Assembly: GCA_000002445.1 (NCBI GenBank)
Contig: CP000066.1
Coordinates: 832,001 to 896,000, forward strand
Direction: 5' to 3'
DNA from: Trypanosoma brucei
Taxonomy: Eukaryota
DNA: 64,000 nucleotides
The notes beneath the pieces are model-generated. The model ran no database searches, was not told the origin of the DNA, and worked only from the letters and a program-made list of their open reading frames with translations. Below are positions 1-11,270 of the stretch, piece by piece (position 1 is the first letter of the stretch; every line of letters starts with the position of its first letter). The position numbers and the translations under genes were made by a program.

Positions 1-756
1 GAAAGCAGATGAAGGATGGAAGGCGCCAGTGCCTTTACTCTCCCCTGCGAAACCGCACGGAAGTACAAAATGTCTGTTGTTTTGAGGAGTATCATCGCAT
101 TATCAGGAAAAACCTTCTGCAACCGCCGTACAACGTCTATGACCTCCTTTATTCTACGCTGCGCCAAATAGACAACGAGAAGTGACAGGAGCGCCGCTAC
201 GTCCTCTCCATTAACAGCCAAAGCACGTTCCAACCACTTTACCGCAGCGTCCATGCGCCCTAGGCGGTAAGCACAGAGCCCTAACCCAACCCGAACAATA
301 CCAGGTGCTGAGCTACCGACCGTCTCTAACACCGCGCGGTAGTGCGAGAAGCTCCTCTTGTAGTCCTTCATATAAAAACAAACCGCCGCAAGCCCCATTC
401 GTGCAAGAATGAAATGTTTATCTACACGAAGAGCTTCCTCAAATTTCATACTAGCGGTCTGAAGGCTTGTGCCACTTGTCATGGCAGCAACTCCTTCAAG
501 ATACAACAACACTGGACGGGAAAGGGGCGAAGCTGAGGCATCCGCCATGTAACCCTCCAGTGAGCGCTCACCACACATTGCCGCAATAGAAGCGCGCATG
601 CAGCTTACAACAAACACATCATGCAGCTCTGCGGTCCCTTTCTCCTCCCTGCGAGCAGCATCGAGCATTGCGACGGCATCGTCAACGCTTCCCTTTGTGA
701 ATGCCTCGAAGGAGTCGTCCAACAACCGTTGAACGGGTTCCGATATATATTGCATG
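1..756 (-). CDS. N-terminal part of a TPR-like protein; the gene continues past the window start (partial)
   Basis: Reverse-strand translation from the ATG at 756..754 stays open to position 1 (more than 250 codons). It contains TPR-like helical motifs such as AYRLGRMDAAVKWLERALAVN. A polypyrimidine tract lies upstream on the coding strand. Confidence 0.4.
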
Positions 757-904
757 GATAGCGAAGTCAAAGAAGTTCTTAGATCTTTTGTACACCTTAT
801 TTACTTGATTATCCTGCAGCTTCTCTTCCCTTCTTTTTTTTCTACGGTGGCACGAACCTTATCCCCCTTTACTTTCAACAACCTTATGGATACAGTTGTG
901 ACGT

Positions 905-940
905 GCCTGGAAAAAAAAAATTTAAAAAAAAAAGAGTTTA
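905..940 (-). promoter_or_regulatory. polypyrimidine tract, a putative trans-splicing acceptor signal for the downstream minus-strand gene
   Basis: The plus strand reads ggaaaaaaaaaatttaaaaaaaaaagag, which is a long C/T tract on the minus strand, in the intergenic region between two minus-strand ORFs. Confidence 0.4.
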
Positions 941-1220
941 GGTTTGGAAAGAGAAGGATTCAAACATCACAATGGTTTGATAATACCAGGTGAATAACTC
1001 TCTACGATATGGTGCATCTAAGACTAACAACTTGATGGCAACGGCTCGCCTGCACAACAACAATGTCCACAGTAATGATACACACGCTGATTAGTCACGA
1101 TATTCTTATTTACCACAATTACACCCCTTCCGATTCGCTCGGCTCCCAACACACTCATCCAAATCCTTCCGCCACCTCACGACTCGCCCCGACGAAGAAA
1201 AGCTTAAAAGAATGATCCCA

Positions 1221-3050
1221 TCAACTCTCTTCCGCGCAACACTCATCGGCCGCAGTACCATCCGCGGTGCATTCCACAAAGGGCAACCCGAGGGTTAACT
1301 TGAGGATCGACAGTTGCCACTCCGCCACCTTCGCCCCAAATTGCCCAGAAACTTTACGCTCCATGGCAACATATATGGTTTCAACAAGAGATGTCTTGCA
1401 CGAGAGCAAGAAGTTAGAATATGGGGGTGGAGGTGACGGAAGCTCTGATGCGGGCACAGTGCCATTCGCGCCAAGTCGCAACACAAACGCGGCATCTGCC
1501 TCTATAATAAACTCAGAGGGAAGAAGGGGCACCAAGGAGGCCGCTCCTTCGGTAGAAAAGCGCAACTTATCATTGCTGTACTTGGCGTAAGACTCAAACA
1601 TCTTACAACCGACGTGAACGATACGGGCGCCAAGCTTCGGGAAAAACTTACACGTGGCCTTGCTTGCGAAATAGAACTTCTGCTCCCGAGCAACCTCGTT
1701 CCTTACGTAGAGCTGACATGCAGGAAAGGACCCCGGAAGACCCAAGGAGCCACGTACTTGCTCCTGAAGCGCTGGCGAACAGAGGCTAAAGGGCTGTTTG
1801 GTTGCGGCTGTGCACACATCCGCATCTTCCAACGGGTAATCCTCCACACATTCCATTGCGGCAAAAAAGAATCCCCCTGTATCCTGTTGGTGAGGAACAA
1901 CACGCCGAGCGAAGTGTATGTTCTGTTCCCGCAGGACTTGAGCGTTTGAAAACATAGACTTACGGTAACGGAAACCATGCGCCTGCTTTGATTGGTTGTA
2001 GGCCTCAGCATCTTCAAACGTTCGAAGCTTCTGTGTGAGATCTTTGGTGAGTAGAAACCAATCCGTCTGCCCTGGAACCGTTACAAAGTCCTTTAGAAAG
2101 GGAGCCGGGTCAATAAGGCGGAAAGTGCCTTTTGCCTGTGAGAGACATTCAGACACAACGGCCTCGTCCTCCACAGGATTCAAACTGCAGGTGGAGTACA
2201 CCACGATGCCGCCCTTTTTGCAGAGCATCATACCACGTGTTAGAACCCGTACCTGTGTGACGTGTAAATCGGCGCCGTGCACAGTATTCCAGCGGGGCCA
2301 CATATCCATCGATTTCCGTAATGTGCCATCGCCCGAGCACATTACGTCACATAGCACACGGTCAAACTTATCCTCCTTTGGAAGGAGAGGGAACTGTGTT
2401 CCATCATAGTTAGTGACAATTAAATGCGGATGGGCACCAGGTGACCGAGCAGTCTGATGAAGCAGCACATCAAGACGTGCCACATTCAGGTCATTTGCCA
2501 CCACAACGCCATCCTGATTCGAAGATATAACTGCCTCCAGTATCTGTGAAGTTTTGCTCCCAGGCGCAGCACACATGTCAAGGACCCGATTCCCTGGAGC
2601 CACCTGCAGCAGCACGACAGGGATCATACTTACGGTTTCCTGACGGGTGAGGAAGCCTCCTTCATTAAGCGCAGAGATGAGCCGCTTGACTTCCTTCAGC
2701 TCCGTGGTGCGCTTGAGGTCCCCACGAGAAATGGAGCTTTGAAACGCCATATTGTCGGGAATAAATGGAATGGGTTGTACGGGCAATGCAGCGTGAAGAA
2801 GACGTGACCGCACATACTCCGAGACAGCAGTTGCGCAAGGAACAGATGGGTGTACACGAATAGCCGTGGGCAAAGCCCGGCGAAGAGCCTCCATGAAGGA
2901 CTCCCACTCCTCAGCGGGAATGACATTGTCCTTATAGTACGCCTCAAACGCAGCGTTGGATAACGTTGTCACATCGCGTTTATCTGTCGCCCACTCGCTG
3001 TTGGAGCGGCTGCGCTTGATTCCGCCCCTTCTGTTGTGATTTCGGCTCAT
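1221..3050 (-). CDS. NOL1/NOP2/Sun-family RNA (cytosine-C5) methyltransferase
   Basis: SAM-binding motif VLDMCAAPGSKT, motif IV DRVLCDVMCSGDGT and motif VI GIVVYSTCSLNPVEDE. The ORF extends to 3188, but its first 46 aa are hydrophobic junk, so the start is placed at the internal Met (MSRNHNRR) at 3050. Confidence 0.75.
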   Translation of the reverse strand: MSRNHNRRGGIKRSRSNSEWATDKRDVTTLSNAAFEAYYKDNVIPAEEWESFMEALRRALPTAIRVHPSVPCATAVSEYVRSRLLHAALPVQPIPFIPDNMAFQSSISRGDLKRTTELKEVKRLISALNEGGFLTRQETVSMIPVVLLQVAPGNRVLDMCAAPGSKTSQILEAVISSNQDGVVVANDLNVARLDVLLHQTARSPGAHPHLIVTNYDGTQFPLLPKEDKFDRVLCDVMCSGDGTLRKSMDMWPRWNTVHGADLHVTQVRVLTRGMMLCKKGGIVVYSTCSLNPVEDEAVVSECLSQAKGTFRLIDPAPFLKDFVTVPGQTDWFLLTKDLTQKLRTFEDAEAYNQSKQAHGFRYRKSMFSNAQVLREQNIHFARRVVPHQQDTGGFFFAAMECVEDYPLEDADVCTAATKQPFSLCSPALQEQVRGSLGLPGSFPACQLYVRNEVAREQKFYFASKATCKFFPKLGARIVHVGCKMFESYAKYSNDKLRFSTEGAASLVPLLPSEFIIEADAAFVLRLGANGTVPASELPSPPPPYSNFLLSCKTSLVETIYVAMERKVSGQFGAKVAEWQLSILKLTLGLPFVECTADGTAADECCAEES

Positions 3051-4365
3051 GCGGTGCCACTTTTCCCTCTCGAGAGCCCCGGTCCTGCCAAACCGATCAA
3101 CGCCCCAAACCTGTGGTAGCAAATGGAAAGCATAAACGGCAGCGGCGGCAGGAAACACGAGGAGGTGAAACAAACAAACAAACCACATGTGGCCGGAAAA
3201 GGAGAAAAGGCGGTGTTGGTGATGAGACAGAATACGAAGTCATCATTGCAAGGACAGCACAATAAGACCAATTCCAAGGAGAATAGATGTGATTATTATG
3301 GTGTGCTTCAGAGCAACAAGTAGAGGGACAATGTCGCTAGCAGGAGCGATAAAAGAAAAAAAAGAGAAAACGTTTAAAGGAGGGAAAGTTGCATAGCGTC
3401 CCTGTTATAAGCGGGTACCACTTTCCCTCCAAGTTTCCTGCATTCACGAAACACTAACAACAAAGCAAGCACTGCCTGCCACCATCATATGGTAGTTACC
3501 ATACTTTGAGAAGCACCAATGCAACGTCCTATTATCTTCACCTCGTCTAGAGAGAGGAATCGATGTGTCATATTCAAAAGGAAACACCGCAATTATTCTT
3601 CTTCACTACCCTGAATCTGTTCCATAATACTGTCTGCACGAATGCACGGTCGTACAGGCAACACTTCTCCTGTACAGACAATGTTGTTTCATCATCACTC
3701 CATGTCATACATGACATCCAACTCGCTGTTGTTGTCTGACTGCGGTGGCTTCTCCTCCTTGTGAAATACAGGCGGAGGAGAGCGCGGTCCATTGACACTG
3801 CCATTTAGGCTATTGCTGTTGTTGCCCCGAACCTCAGCTAAGTTGTGTCCGTCCTTTCTGAGCATGTATGATACTGTTGGAGTGGTCGAAAACTCCTTCA
3901 AGGAAACGCTTTTTTTCATTGTTTTCCGCTAGAACCAGTACTACCCACACGCCCCTGCCCAACCTAATCTCTCCTTTTTCCTATTTTATATTCGTTGCTC
4001 CTATTGGGCCTTTGCTATCTGTCTTTAATATCGCAGTTTGTTGCGCAACACAAGGGAAACAAACAGAGGTGGCAGAGTGGAAACGAAACGAAACGAGACT
4101 ACGAAAGCAACCGACCAACCATCAAGCAGAAGGATTTATTTACACTCCATTTTACCACCCGTTGGCGTCCCAACATATGATCTGAAACGACGTCAAGCAG
4201 TGAAACTCCGGGTCGCTACAGCGAACAAAGGGTGTAAGGTACTGCGCCGCAGTTTTGAACCATCAGAAAGTACATTTTCGCAAGCACACACACACAAAAA
4301 AAAAAATCACACTATGATGAAGGGTCATATGCACCCATGAGCACGTGGCACACTATCGATGTCCT

Positions 4366-5508
4366 TCACCTCCCAAGCGGGCTCTCGCCTCGTCGCTGCT
4401 CAGCCTCCATCATCACATCACCTTCCATCTTCACACAAACTGGCCGCACCTCCGCCTGCTTCTCCATTACATTGTATGAACCCGACTGCATGTCCCACAC
4501 AACAACGCAATCGACAGAAAGCACCCCGCCATTTCCTGAATAACGAGCCATGGCCTCCGCGAGGGCCTCGTCAACACGAACATTTTGAAGAGAAGTATAC
4601 TTTCCACAAAAGGGGCAGTTTGCCGCCGGAGAGGAGTCGCTGTCACTGCTGCTGCCGAGGCCGGCGCCAACACCGCCAGTGCCCCACCTTTGGATCAGTG
4701 CTCCATCAACACTCTCCCCGCGCCGTACCGCCACAAGCTGTACGGTGCGCACGAATGCACTGAGGTCAAACACTTCATGATGCTGACAAAGCACACCGCG
4801 GGCGGGAGTCGCAATCACGGAAAGGGAAATGGGATCGCGCAAAGGCAGTTGGCAACGCACAGCAACAGGTCCACTCCCTCCACCTATATCAGACTCACCG
4901 CACACTCGCTTTGGGGGCCCCTGATCATTACGTCGCCTCGCAGGTAGTTTTTCGAACAGAGAAAGCTCGGTTATGCAACGTGTGATGTGCTCCGTGTCCC
5001 AGCGGGATGCGGGTACACCTTTGGTTAGATCATCAAGGCGTTGACGATACCTAAGCCTCCTCGTGTTACGCAAGCCTTCAACCTCGCCTAGCGCGTACGC
5101 AAACAACGGAACTTGCGCAGAGGGAGCGGAGCAATTGATGCTTGAACTTAAGGACTCAGCATGCTTTGCCACATCTGAGGCCGCGATGGTGTCCAGGGTG
5201 GCCAAGCGCCTGCAGAAAGCACCACAGAGCATGGACACCTTGCAAAGGTCGTGTAAAGACGGTGGGGAACGCGAACACTCGCTTTTTAAAAGACTGACGA
5301 GTTGTGATCGCTCTGCCTCCACCGAAGCAGCAGAGCTCATGGAGCGTATCTCCTGCAGTAGTTTCCTGTGCGGCATCAGCCGGACGGTCTTTGCATAAAT
5401 GAAACGCATACAACGGCAAAATCGCCAATTGGCAAGGCAAACGTGATGGCAAGCAAGGAGTAAATCAGAAGAAACATAAAACAAACGGCAGGAGAGAGTG
5501 AGAGACAC
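4366..5508 (-). CDS. hypothetical protein with a candidate SP-RING/MIZ-type zinc finger
   Basis: The segment CQLPLRDPISLSVIATPARGVLCQHHEVFDLSAFV...NCPFCGK resembles the C-x-R-x-P-x-R-x-x-x-C-x-H-x-x-x-F-D ... CPxC pattern of PIAS/Siz SP-RING domains. The start is uncertain; alternative Met codons sit at 5376 and 5340. Confidence 0.4.
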   Translation of the reverse strand: MSLTLSCRLFYVSSDLLLACHHVCLANWRFCRCMRFIYAKTVRLMPHRKLLQEIRSMSSAASVEAERSQLVSLLKSECSRSPPSLHDLCKVSMLCGAFCRRLATLDTIAASDVAKHAESLSSSINCSAPSAQVPLFAYALGEVEGLRNTRRLRYRQRLDDLTKGVPASRWDTEHITRCITELSLFEKLPARRRNDQGPPKRVCGESDIGGGSGPVAVRCQLPLRDPISLSVIATPARGVLCQHHEVFDLSAFVRTVQLVAVRRGESVDGALIQRWGTGGVGAGLGSSSDSDSSPAANCPFCGKYTSLQNVRVDEALAEAMARYSGNGGVLSVDCVVVWDMQSGSYNVMEKQAEVRPVCVKMEGDVMMEAEQRRGESPLGR

Positions 5509-5685
5509 AGGGAAAATGGGTAAGTAGGTTCAGTGGGCATACGGTCCCATTTTAACCGGCATGGTTCGCAAACCAGCAGTGGAGCGGGGTAACCAAACTC
5601 GAGGTGAGGCCCCGTATCAGCTCTCATGCGCATGTTCGGCAGAAATATGCATGTTCTACACAAAAAAAGCAGCCAAGCTGCCATG

Positions 5686-6672
5686 TCACGCAGAACCTGC
5701 GAGAAGATCCTTCAAACGCCCATCGAAGCGCGTCGTTGGGAAACAGAGTTTAAACATACCCAAAAGTGCCTTGGCCGCAGCCGCCTCTTCGTTCTGAGAC
5801 TTGGGCCTTGGACGCTTAAACGAAAAACTACTCTGACTTGGCGTGACGCCTGCGGAGGTTGATGAATCCAACAACTGAGCGGATCTTACGTATCCGGTAT
5901 TTTCCAAAACAACCCCCGAGGAGATATCGGTGGCTTGCTCACACGTTGAATTCGGGACCTCCGCCTTCAGTTGGGTCGGAAAGGAAGGCCCTTCGACGGC
6001 AGAAGCGGCACTGCCGGCCACCGCCCCGCTCAAGGAGGATCCCCAAACTGAGGGATCAAGGATGACGGGAGGTGGAGAAACGTTGGAGCTCTCACTTGGG
6101 GACGGCCATGCGCTTCCTTGGCACGATGGTTCCAGACTGTTGCATTCATCAACGTTCAGTCCTTCACCACCTTCATCCCCCTGAGTGCCGCCGACGCTGT
6201 ACTTTTCACCCTCTTTGTGGTCTTCTTCAGCACTTGCCCCACTGCAGTCATCTATCATCATTTCAGATTCATCATAACACTCCTCATCCCCCTCCCCTTC
6301 TTCTTCGTCCCCCTCATCATCCACGGCTTCCTCCTCCTCTTCTTCGTCCCCCTCATCATCCACGGCTTCCTCCTCTTCTTCTTCGTCCCCCTCATCATCC
6401 ACGGCTTCCTCCTCCTCTTCTTCGTCCCCCTCATCATCCACGGCTTCCTCCTCCTCTTCTTCGTCCCCCTCATCATCATCATCCTCTTCGCCCATTACCG
6501 TTCCACCTTTTCCGTCGGACTCCTCATATGTCCCTTCCTCATTGCTCACACCCTCCATCTCCTCATGAAAGGAAGAGTTGGACGATGGCAGCTCAACGGA
6601 ACTCTCTTGTTCATCGTCATCGACGACGAAATGATTGTCATCGTGAAAGCTCATGCCGCCCCAACTGTGCAC
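5686..6672 (-). CDS. hypothetical highly acidic protein with tandem 14-aa repeats (EEAVDDEGDEEEEE, 5 copies)
   Basis: A 328-aa ORF encoded by near-perfect 42-nt DNA repeats. The Glu/Asp-rich core is flanked by Ser-rich tails. Plus-strand ORFs over the same interval are Pro/His-rich antisense artefacts. Confidence 0.5.
   Translation of the reverse strand: MHSWGGMSFHDDNHFVVDDDEQESSVELPSSNSSFHEEMEGVSNEEGTYEESDGKGGTVMGEEDDDDEGDEEEEEEAVDDEGDEEEEEEAVDDEGDEEEEEEAVDDEGDEEEEEEAVDDEGDEEEGEGDEECYDESEMMIDDCSGASAEEDHKEGEKYSVGGTQGDEGGEGLNVDECNSLEPSCQGSAWPSPSESSNVSPPPVILDPSVWGSSLSGAVAGSAASAVEGPSFPTQLKAEVPNSTCEQATDISSGVVLENTGYVRSAQLLDSSTSAGVTPSQSSFSFKRPRPKSQNEEAAAAKALLGMFKLCFPTTRFDGRLKDLLAGSA
6296..6480. 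repeat. 42-nt tandem repeat (about 4.5 copies) inside the coding sequence
   Basis: The unit cttcttcgtccccctcatcatccacggcttcctcctcctctt repeats head-to-tail with at most single-base variation. Confidence 0.85.
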
Positions 6673-7674
6673 GAACCCTCACCGTACCCAGCAGCCGTGG
6701 GGAGGAGAACGAACTGTGACCCCGAAAGGCAGTAACGCATAGCGGTGATGTTAATAGTAGCGAATAAGCAAATCCAAAGAAAGTGAGGAAACGAAGCGGT
6801 ACGGTGAAACGCAGAGGCGGAACTGGAAGAAATATGATAAAAAGCAAACCCAATTACACATCGGATGTTTGTCAACTACTTCGTAGTTCGCAAATTAAAC
6901 AAAAATTAGGAGATAAACAAAAAAATGAAAAAGTACCTTGACCCCAGCCCGACACAGAAAAAAAAACCTGAGTAGTTTATCCATAATTATAATAGCAGTG
7001 ACTTAGGGACAAAAATATGAAAATCAGCAAAAAAATGACCATGAAGGAACAAAAAAGAGGGGAGTCTGCTAGCAACAGTAATAGCAATCAAACTCCAAAA
7101 GAAAAAAAGGGACAAATATACAGCGCGTTACCGGTTGTTGCTCAACATTTGGTCAGCCAATAGTTTCTTAATTACCTTGTTTCTATTAACCTCTCTTTTA
7201 TTTGACTCCCCAACCACCATTAATGACCTTCCAACGTACAGGTTGCGCTTTAGAGTGTTCCCCTCTTTTCTCCCCCTTTTCCTTTTCCTTTGATTTTGTT
7301 TTGAATCCATTCTCTTCCGGTTAGTCTTGCTTTGTTGCTGTTGTTATTGTTTTTTGATGGGGAGGGGCCGTTAGTGGCTTCTTCAGTCACCATTTCATAC
7401 ATATTACTCCTTCGATCCTCTCTTCTTCCTTCTCTTTATTTGATTTCCCCATCCCTTCCAATGCGCATCCCTTAATTTAAGGTTTGGAATACACTTATCA
7501 TCGCAGTGAGAGGATGTCCCCATTTCCCATACACACGTTCATACAAATACATGCATATACATACACATATATCACCCCCCTTTAGCACACCCGGAAGTTC
7601 GTACGCTTTTAAAGGTGGGCTGAAGTGAATTGGGAAAGTTGGGTTGCGTGACTGAACAAACAAACAAAACTACG

Positions 7675-7694
7675 CGCACACACACACACACACA
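7675..7694. repeat. (CA)n microsatellite in a low-complexity intergenic region
   Basis: gcgcacacacacacacacacatgc lies within a 2.1 kb gene-free tract (6.7-8.8 kb) that also carries TA/AT and poly-A runs. Confidence 0.8.
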
Positions 7695-8817
7695 TGCAAA
7701 ATCATACGCATACATGTATAAATAAACATATACATATATGTTGACAGCATCAATACTACTGTGAGGCACGAGAGACGACGAGCGTCTCTCCTTTTTTTCT
7801 TCACCCTCTCCTCCATCTATTTTGAGTCTTACTCGTACAACCCAAAGGCATGTATTGATGTTGTGTGCAGTGCGGTGGTGGCAACGGTAACAATAAAGCA
7901 AGTGACAGAGGAAGGAAGGAAGGAATGAAGGAAAGAGGAGGGAATAAACCACTAGTGGAGAAATGATATAGAGAAATATAGGGGAAAGGGGAAAAAATGA
8001 ACGAAGAAATGAATGGAAAATAAACCAAAGGAAGGGGGAATGGAAGGAAACAACTTCCTTCCCTTTGTTGCTCCTTCTGTCCCAGAAGCACTCACCCCAC
8101 TCCTCCGCTGATCACGCACAATTATTACAAGCACCACTCATTTCACATTAACAGTTGGTGTACATTTTTCCACTGTCCCTTCTTGGTGATAGCCTGCTAA
8201 ATTTTGTTACATGCTGTTCCCCCCCCCCTTTCACAGCTGTTTGCTTTTCTTATTCCTATCCGAGCTTTATCACACAAGCAGATTACTTGGCATTGCTTTC
8301 GTCCTCATCATTCGGTCCATGTGTTCACCATTGATTTCTCTAATTCATTGATCTCCACTACATTTTCTTCACATATTCTCACCCCTCATGCATGTTTGTC
8401 TGGCTTGTCGGTATTCGCCTCCCCATTCACACAAGTGTCTCGCCCCTTTTGTGGAGAAGATCAAAGAGACAAAACTAAAAAAGGAAAAATCAAAAAGAAG
8501 AATAAGAGGGGTCCAACGCGCTGGGGTCACGTGGCCTTAATGCGCCTTTCTGTTTTCATCCTCATTTATTCTCATCATATTCCTTTCCCTCATTTGTCCA
8601 CTTACCCTCATTAAACCCCATAAAATTCGTTTTGGTGTGAATATTCTCCTGTTTTTAACACTTCTTTTTTTCCGTCTGATCGATGATGCTGCTGTTGTTT
8701 TAGTTTCTTAACTCTGTTTCGTGGCCCTCCCGGCTCACGCCTGGCTGACGTGGCGATATATCAGAGAGTGCCCTCCTCATTCTCCCTTTCCCAGAACTCC
8801 GTTACCAGAGGGTCATT

Positions 8818-10281
8818 TTAGAGCTTGGCCAGTTCCTCGTGGAGGCGGTCGCGATTCCTGTTGATTGCCTCCAGTTCACGGCGGATCTCCAATTTACGAG
8901 CCAGGCGGACGTCGCTGCCCAGATCCACTGTGATTTCACGCACCTGACGCCACAGCTGTCCGCGGAGGTCGAGCACACGGCGGACGGAAGTGGCCACCTT
9001 GATGGGCACAAGAATATAGTTGTTGTGCCGCATGGCAATAATGCAGCCCGTGGCACCAGCCATTGCCTCATGTACCGCAAGAGTGGCAAGGGTGGCGCAG
9101 AAGAGGGCGTCATTGGCCGACGGTGGGCAAGCACGAATCATGTACGAGGGGTCAATGTATTTAACTGTCGAGTCAGGGTAGCGAGACTTGTTTGCCTTGA
9201 GGAAAGCCTTCACTTTCTCCGTGAGGATAACGCCGATGTCAATCAGCTTCTTGTTGCCAGACGCGTCATAACCACCAGAGCCGCGGCCCCAGTCTTGCCC
9301 GAATCCCTCAGCGACGATGATGACGCAGGAACGGGAATGGCAGAATCGGCGCTCCAGAAGGGACATCACCTCCTGCTCGGAGATGGGGTTTTCAGGAACA
9401 AGGCAGATATTCGCCTGCGCACTGGCCACTGCAGCCTGAGCGGCAATGAAGCCGCTGTCACGACCCATGAGCTTCACAACGCCAACACCATAGTTGGCGG
9501 AGACAGCCTCAGCATACGCCGCGCGGATGGCCTGCACAGCCTTCTCAACAGCAGTCTGGAAGCCGAACGTGCGGTGAGAGAAGCTGAGGTCGTTGTCAAT
9601 AGTCTTGGGAACACCAAAAACGGAGATGTCAACACCCCGGCGCTTGGCTTCTTGAGAGATGACGAGCGCACCGCGCTGCGTGCCGTCACCACCGACGGTG
9701 AAGAGGATGTTGACACCGAGGCGCTCGAGAGTATCAACCATCTCCTTGGGGTCCTGCGGACCACGGCTGCTGCCTAGGATGGTGCCGCCATAGTGGTGGA
9801 TGTTGGTGACTCTTCCGCGGTGGAGTTCAATGGCCGTCTGACTGCCCTTCTTGGAAAGGCCCCAGTATCCGAAGCGGAAGCCAATCACGCGCTTTACGTT
9901 GTACACGTTGATGCCGGTAAGGGTGATGGAACGGATGACGTCGTTGAGGCCGGGGCAAATACCACCGCACGTGACAATACCAATGGTGGTCTCCGTCGGG
10001 TTGAAGTGAATGCGCGAGCGGGCAGCAGCAAGTTCGCAAAGGAGTGGGCTCACCGATACAGGGTTCTCCGAAGAGGGTTCATCCCTGGGGCGGGGGTTGT
10101 ACATGATGTAATCCGTCTTGTCACGGAACTCTGTGCGCGACGAATATTTTTTGGACGGGTTCGGGTAATCCGCACCGGGGAGGCGGTCCACCTTGAGGTC
10201 CTCCTGAGTCACGCTGTTCAGCATGGCGCGGTGGGCCTTGACGAGCTTGCTCGTAACGCGGCTGCGAGATTCAACGGCCAT
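8818..10281 (-). CDS. PFK: ATP-dependent 6-phosphofructokinase, glycosomal (PTS1 -AKL)
   Basis: A 487-aa protein with PFK motifs GGDGTQRGA and PKTIDNDL and a C-terminal tripeptide AKL. The full sequence matches my memory of the T. brucei PPi-PFK-like, ATP-dependent PFK. Confidence 0.92.
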   Translation of the reverse strand: MAVESRSRVTSKLVKAHRAMLNSVTQEDLKVDRLPGADYPNPSKKYSSRTEFRDKTDYIMYNPRPRDEPSSENPVSVSPLLCELAAARSRIHFNPTETTIGIVTCGGICPGLNDVIRSITLTGINVYNVKRVIGFRFGYWGLSKKGSQTAIELHRGRVTNIHHYGGTILGSSRGPQDPKEMVDTLERLGVNILFTVGGDGTQRGALVISQEAKRRGVDISVFGVPKTIDNDLSFSHRTFGFQTAVEKAVQAIRAAYAEAVSANYGVGVVKLMGRDSGFIAAQAAVASAQANICLVPENPISEQEVMSLLERRFCHSRSCVIIVAEGFGQDWGRGSGGYDASGNKKLIDIGVILTEKVKAFLKANKSRYPDSTVKYIDPSYMIRACPPSANDALFCATLATLAVHEAMAGATGCIIAMRHNNYILVPIKVATSVRRVLDLRGQLWRQVREITVDLGSDVRLARKLEIRRELEAINRNRDRLHEELAKL

Positions 10282-11270
10282 TTTGCTTTTAGAACTTGGA
10301 TAAAAATTATATGCTGTTTTCTTCTAATAATAACAATATGCTTTAATCTGTGTGCGTGTACACATTATTATTTAGGTTTTTGTTCATTTTTGTTTTGAAA
10401 ATGAAAAGTCAAAAAAGATGAAAGATGAAAGATGAAATGAGGAAGAATAGAAAAAACACGTAGTTAACGCGTACCTTTGTACGCATACATTGTCAGCTTT
10501 TAATGTCACTTACGCTTTGATGTTTGACAGCACATGCAATACGTCCAAGACGGGGAAAAGTGTCGATTACAGGTGGCCCTCCTAGGTTAAATGTGAAATG
10601 TGGTCCAAATGGTCCACGGACTTCCAACAACGGGAGGGCCGTCATGTATCCAACACGCTTCACAAAACTGCTTATCTCCCTCCACAATCTCCCCATATTT
10701 GTCCCGTACCCATACGCACACGCACGCTCATACGAATGCATTGTCTATTCGATACGCACAAAAACTTTCTCATACGATTCCGAATGGTATCTAAAATAGC
10801 ATAAAACTGACTTGAGCATCGTACCACGCACTTACTCACGGCATAACCCCCTCAACAGCAGCGACTACTTCAAAACAAAAAAAAAGGTAACAAAAATGAC
10901 TGAGCAAACAAAAGAAGGAGGGGGAAACAAAGTAAAAGGACATCACATCCTCACTTATCAGGCGTTAAATAATCTCCTCACACTGTGTGCTTACCATAGA
11001 GAACCTACCAAAGTACACCACCCAACGCAAATCATTTCCACACCACAGCCTCATACACACAAGGGTTTACGAAATACGGAAATTGGTGGAGTTCGTGAAG
11101 TGGGGGGAGCAGAAAAAAAAAGGAGACCCCGCGCAAGGGATGATATAAAAAACAAGAAAGAAACTCGCATGCGGAGGAAACAGAGCGCTTTGGGGAGGGA
11201 AGGGGAGCCCATGAAAATGTGAAAAGCTGTCACCTGCGCTTATGTTTGTTGTTTGCGCGGAGGTGTCCAA

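Noticed and set aside
6072-6735. Two overlapping plus-strand ORFs (215 and 205 aa) encoding Pro/His-rich and Phe/Leu-rich repeats
   Set aside because: They are antisense translations of the 42-nt acidic repeat; the minus-strand acidic ORF matches the cluster orientation.
8204-8614. 136-aa plus-strand ORF in the 6.7-8.8 kb intergenic tract
   Set aside because: It has a low-complexity Ser/Pro/His composition, runs in the orientation opposite to the cluster, and no domain was recognised.
8839-9777. 312-aa plus-strand ORF
   Set aside because: It is entirely antisense to the phosphofructokinase gene. It is a GC-rich antisense frame artefact with no domain.
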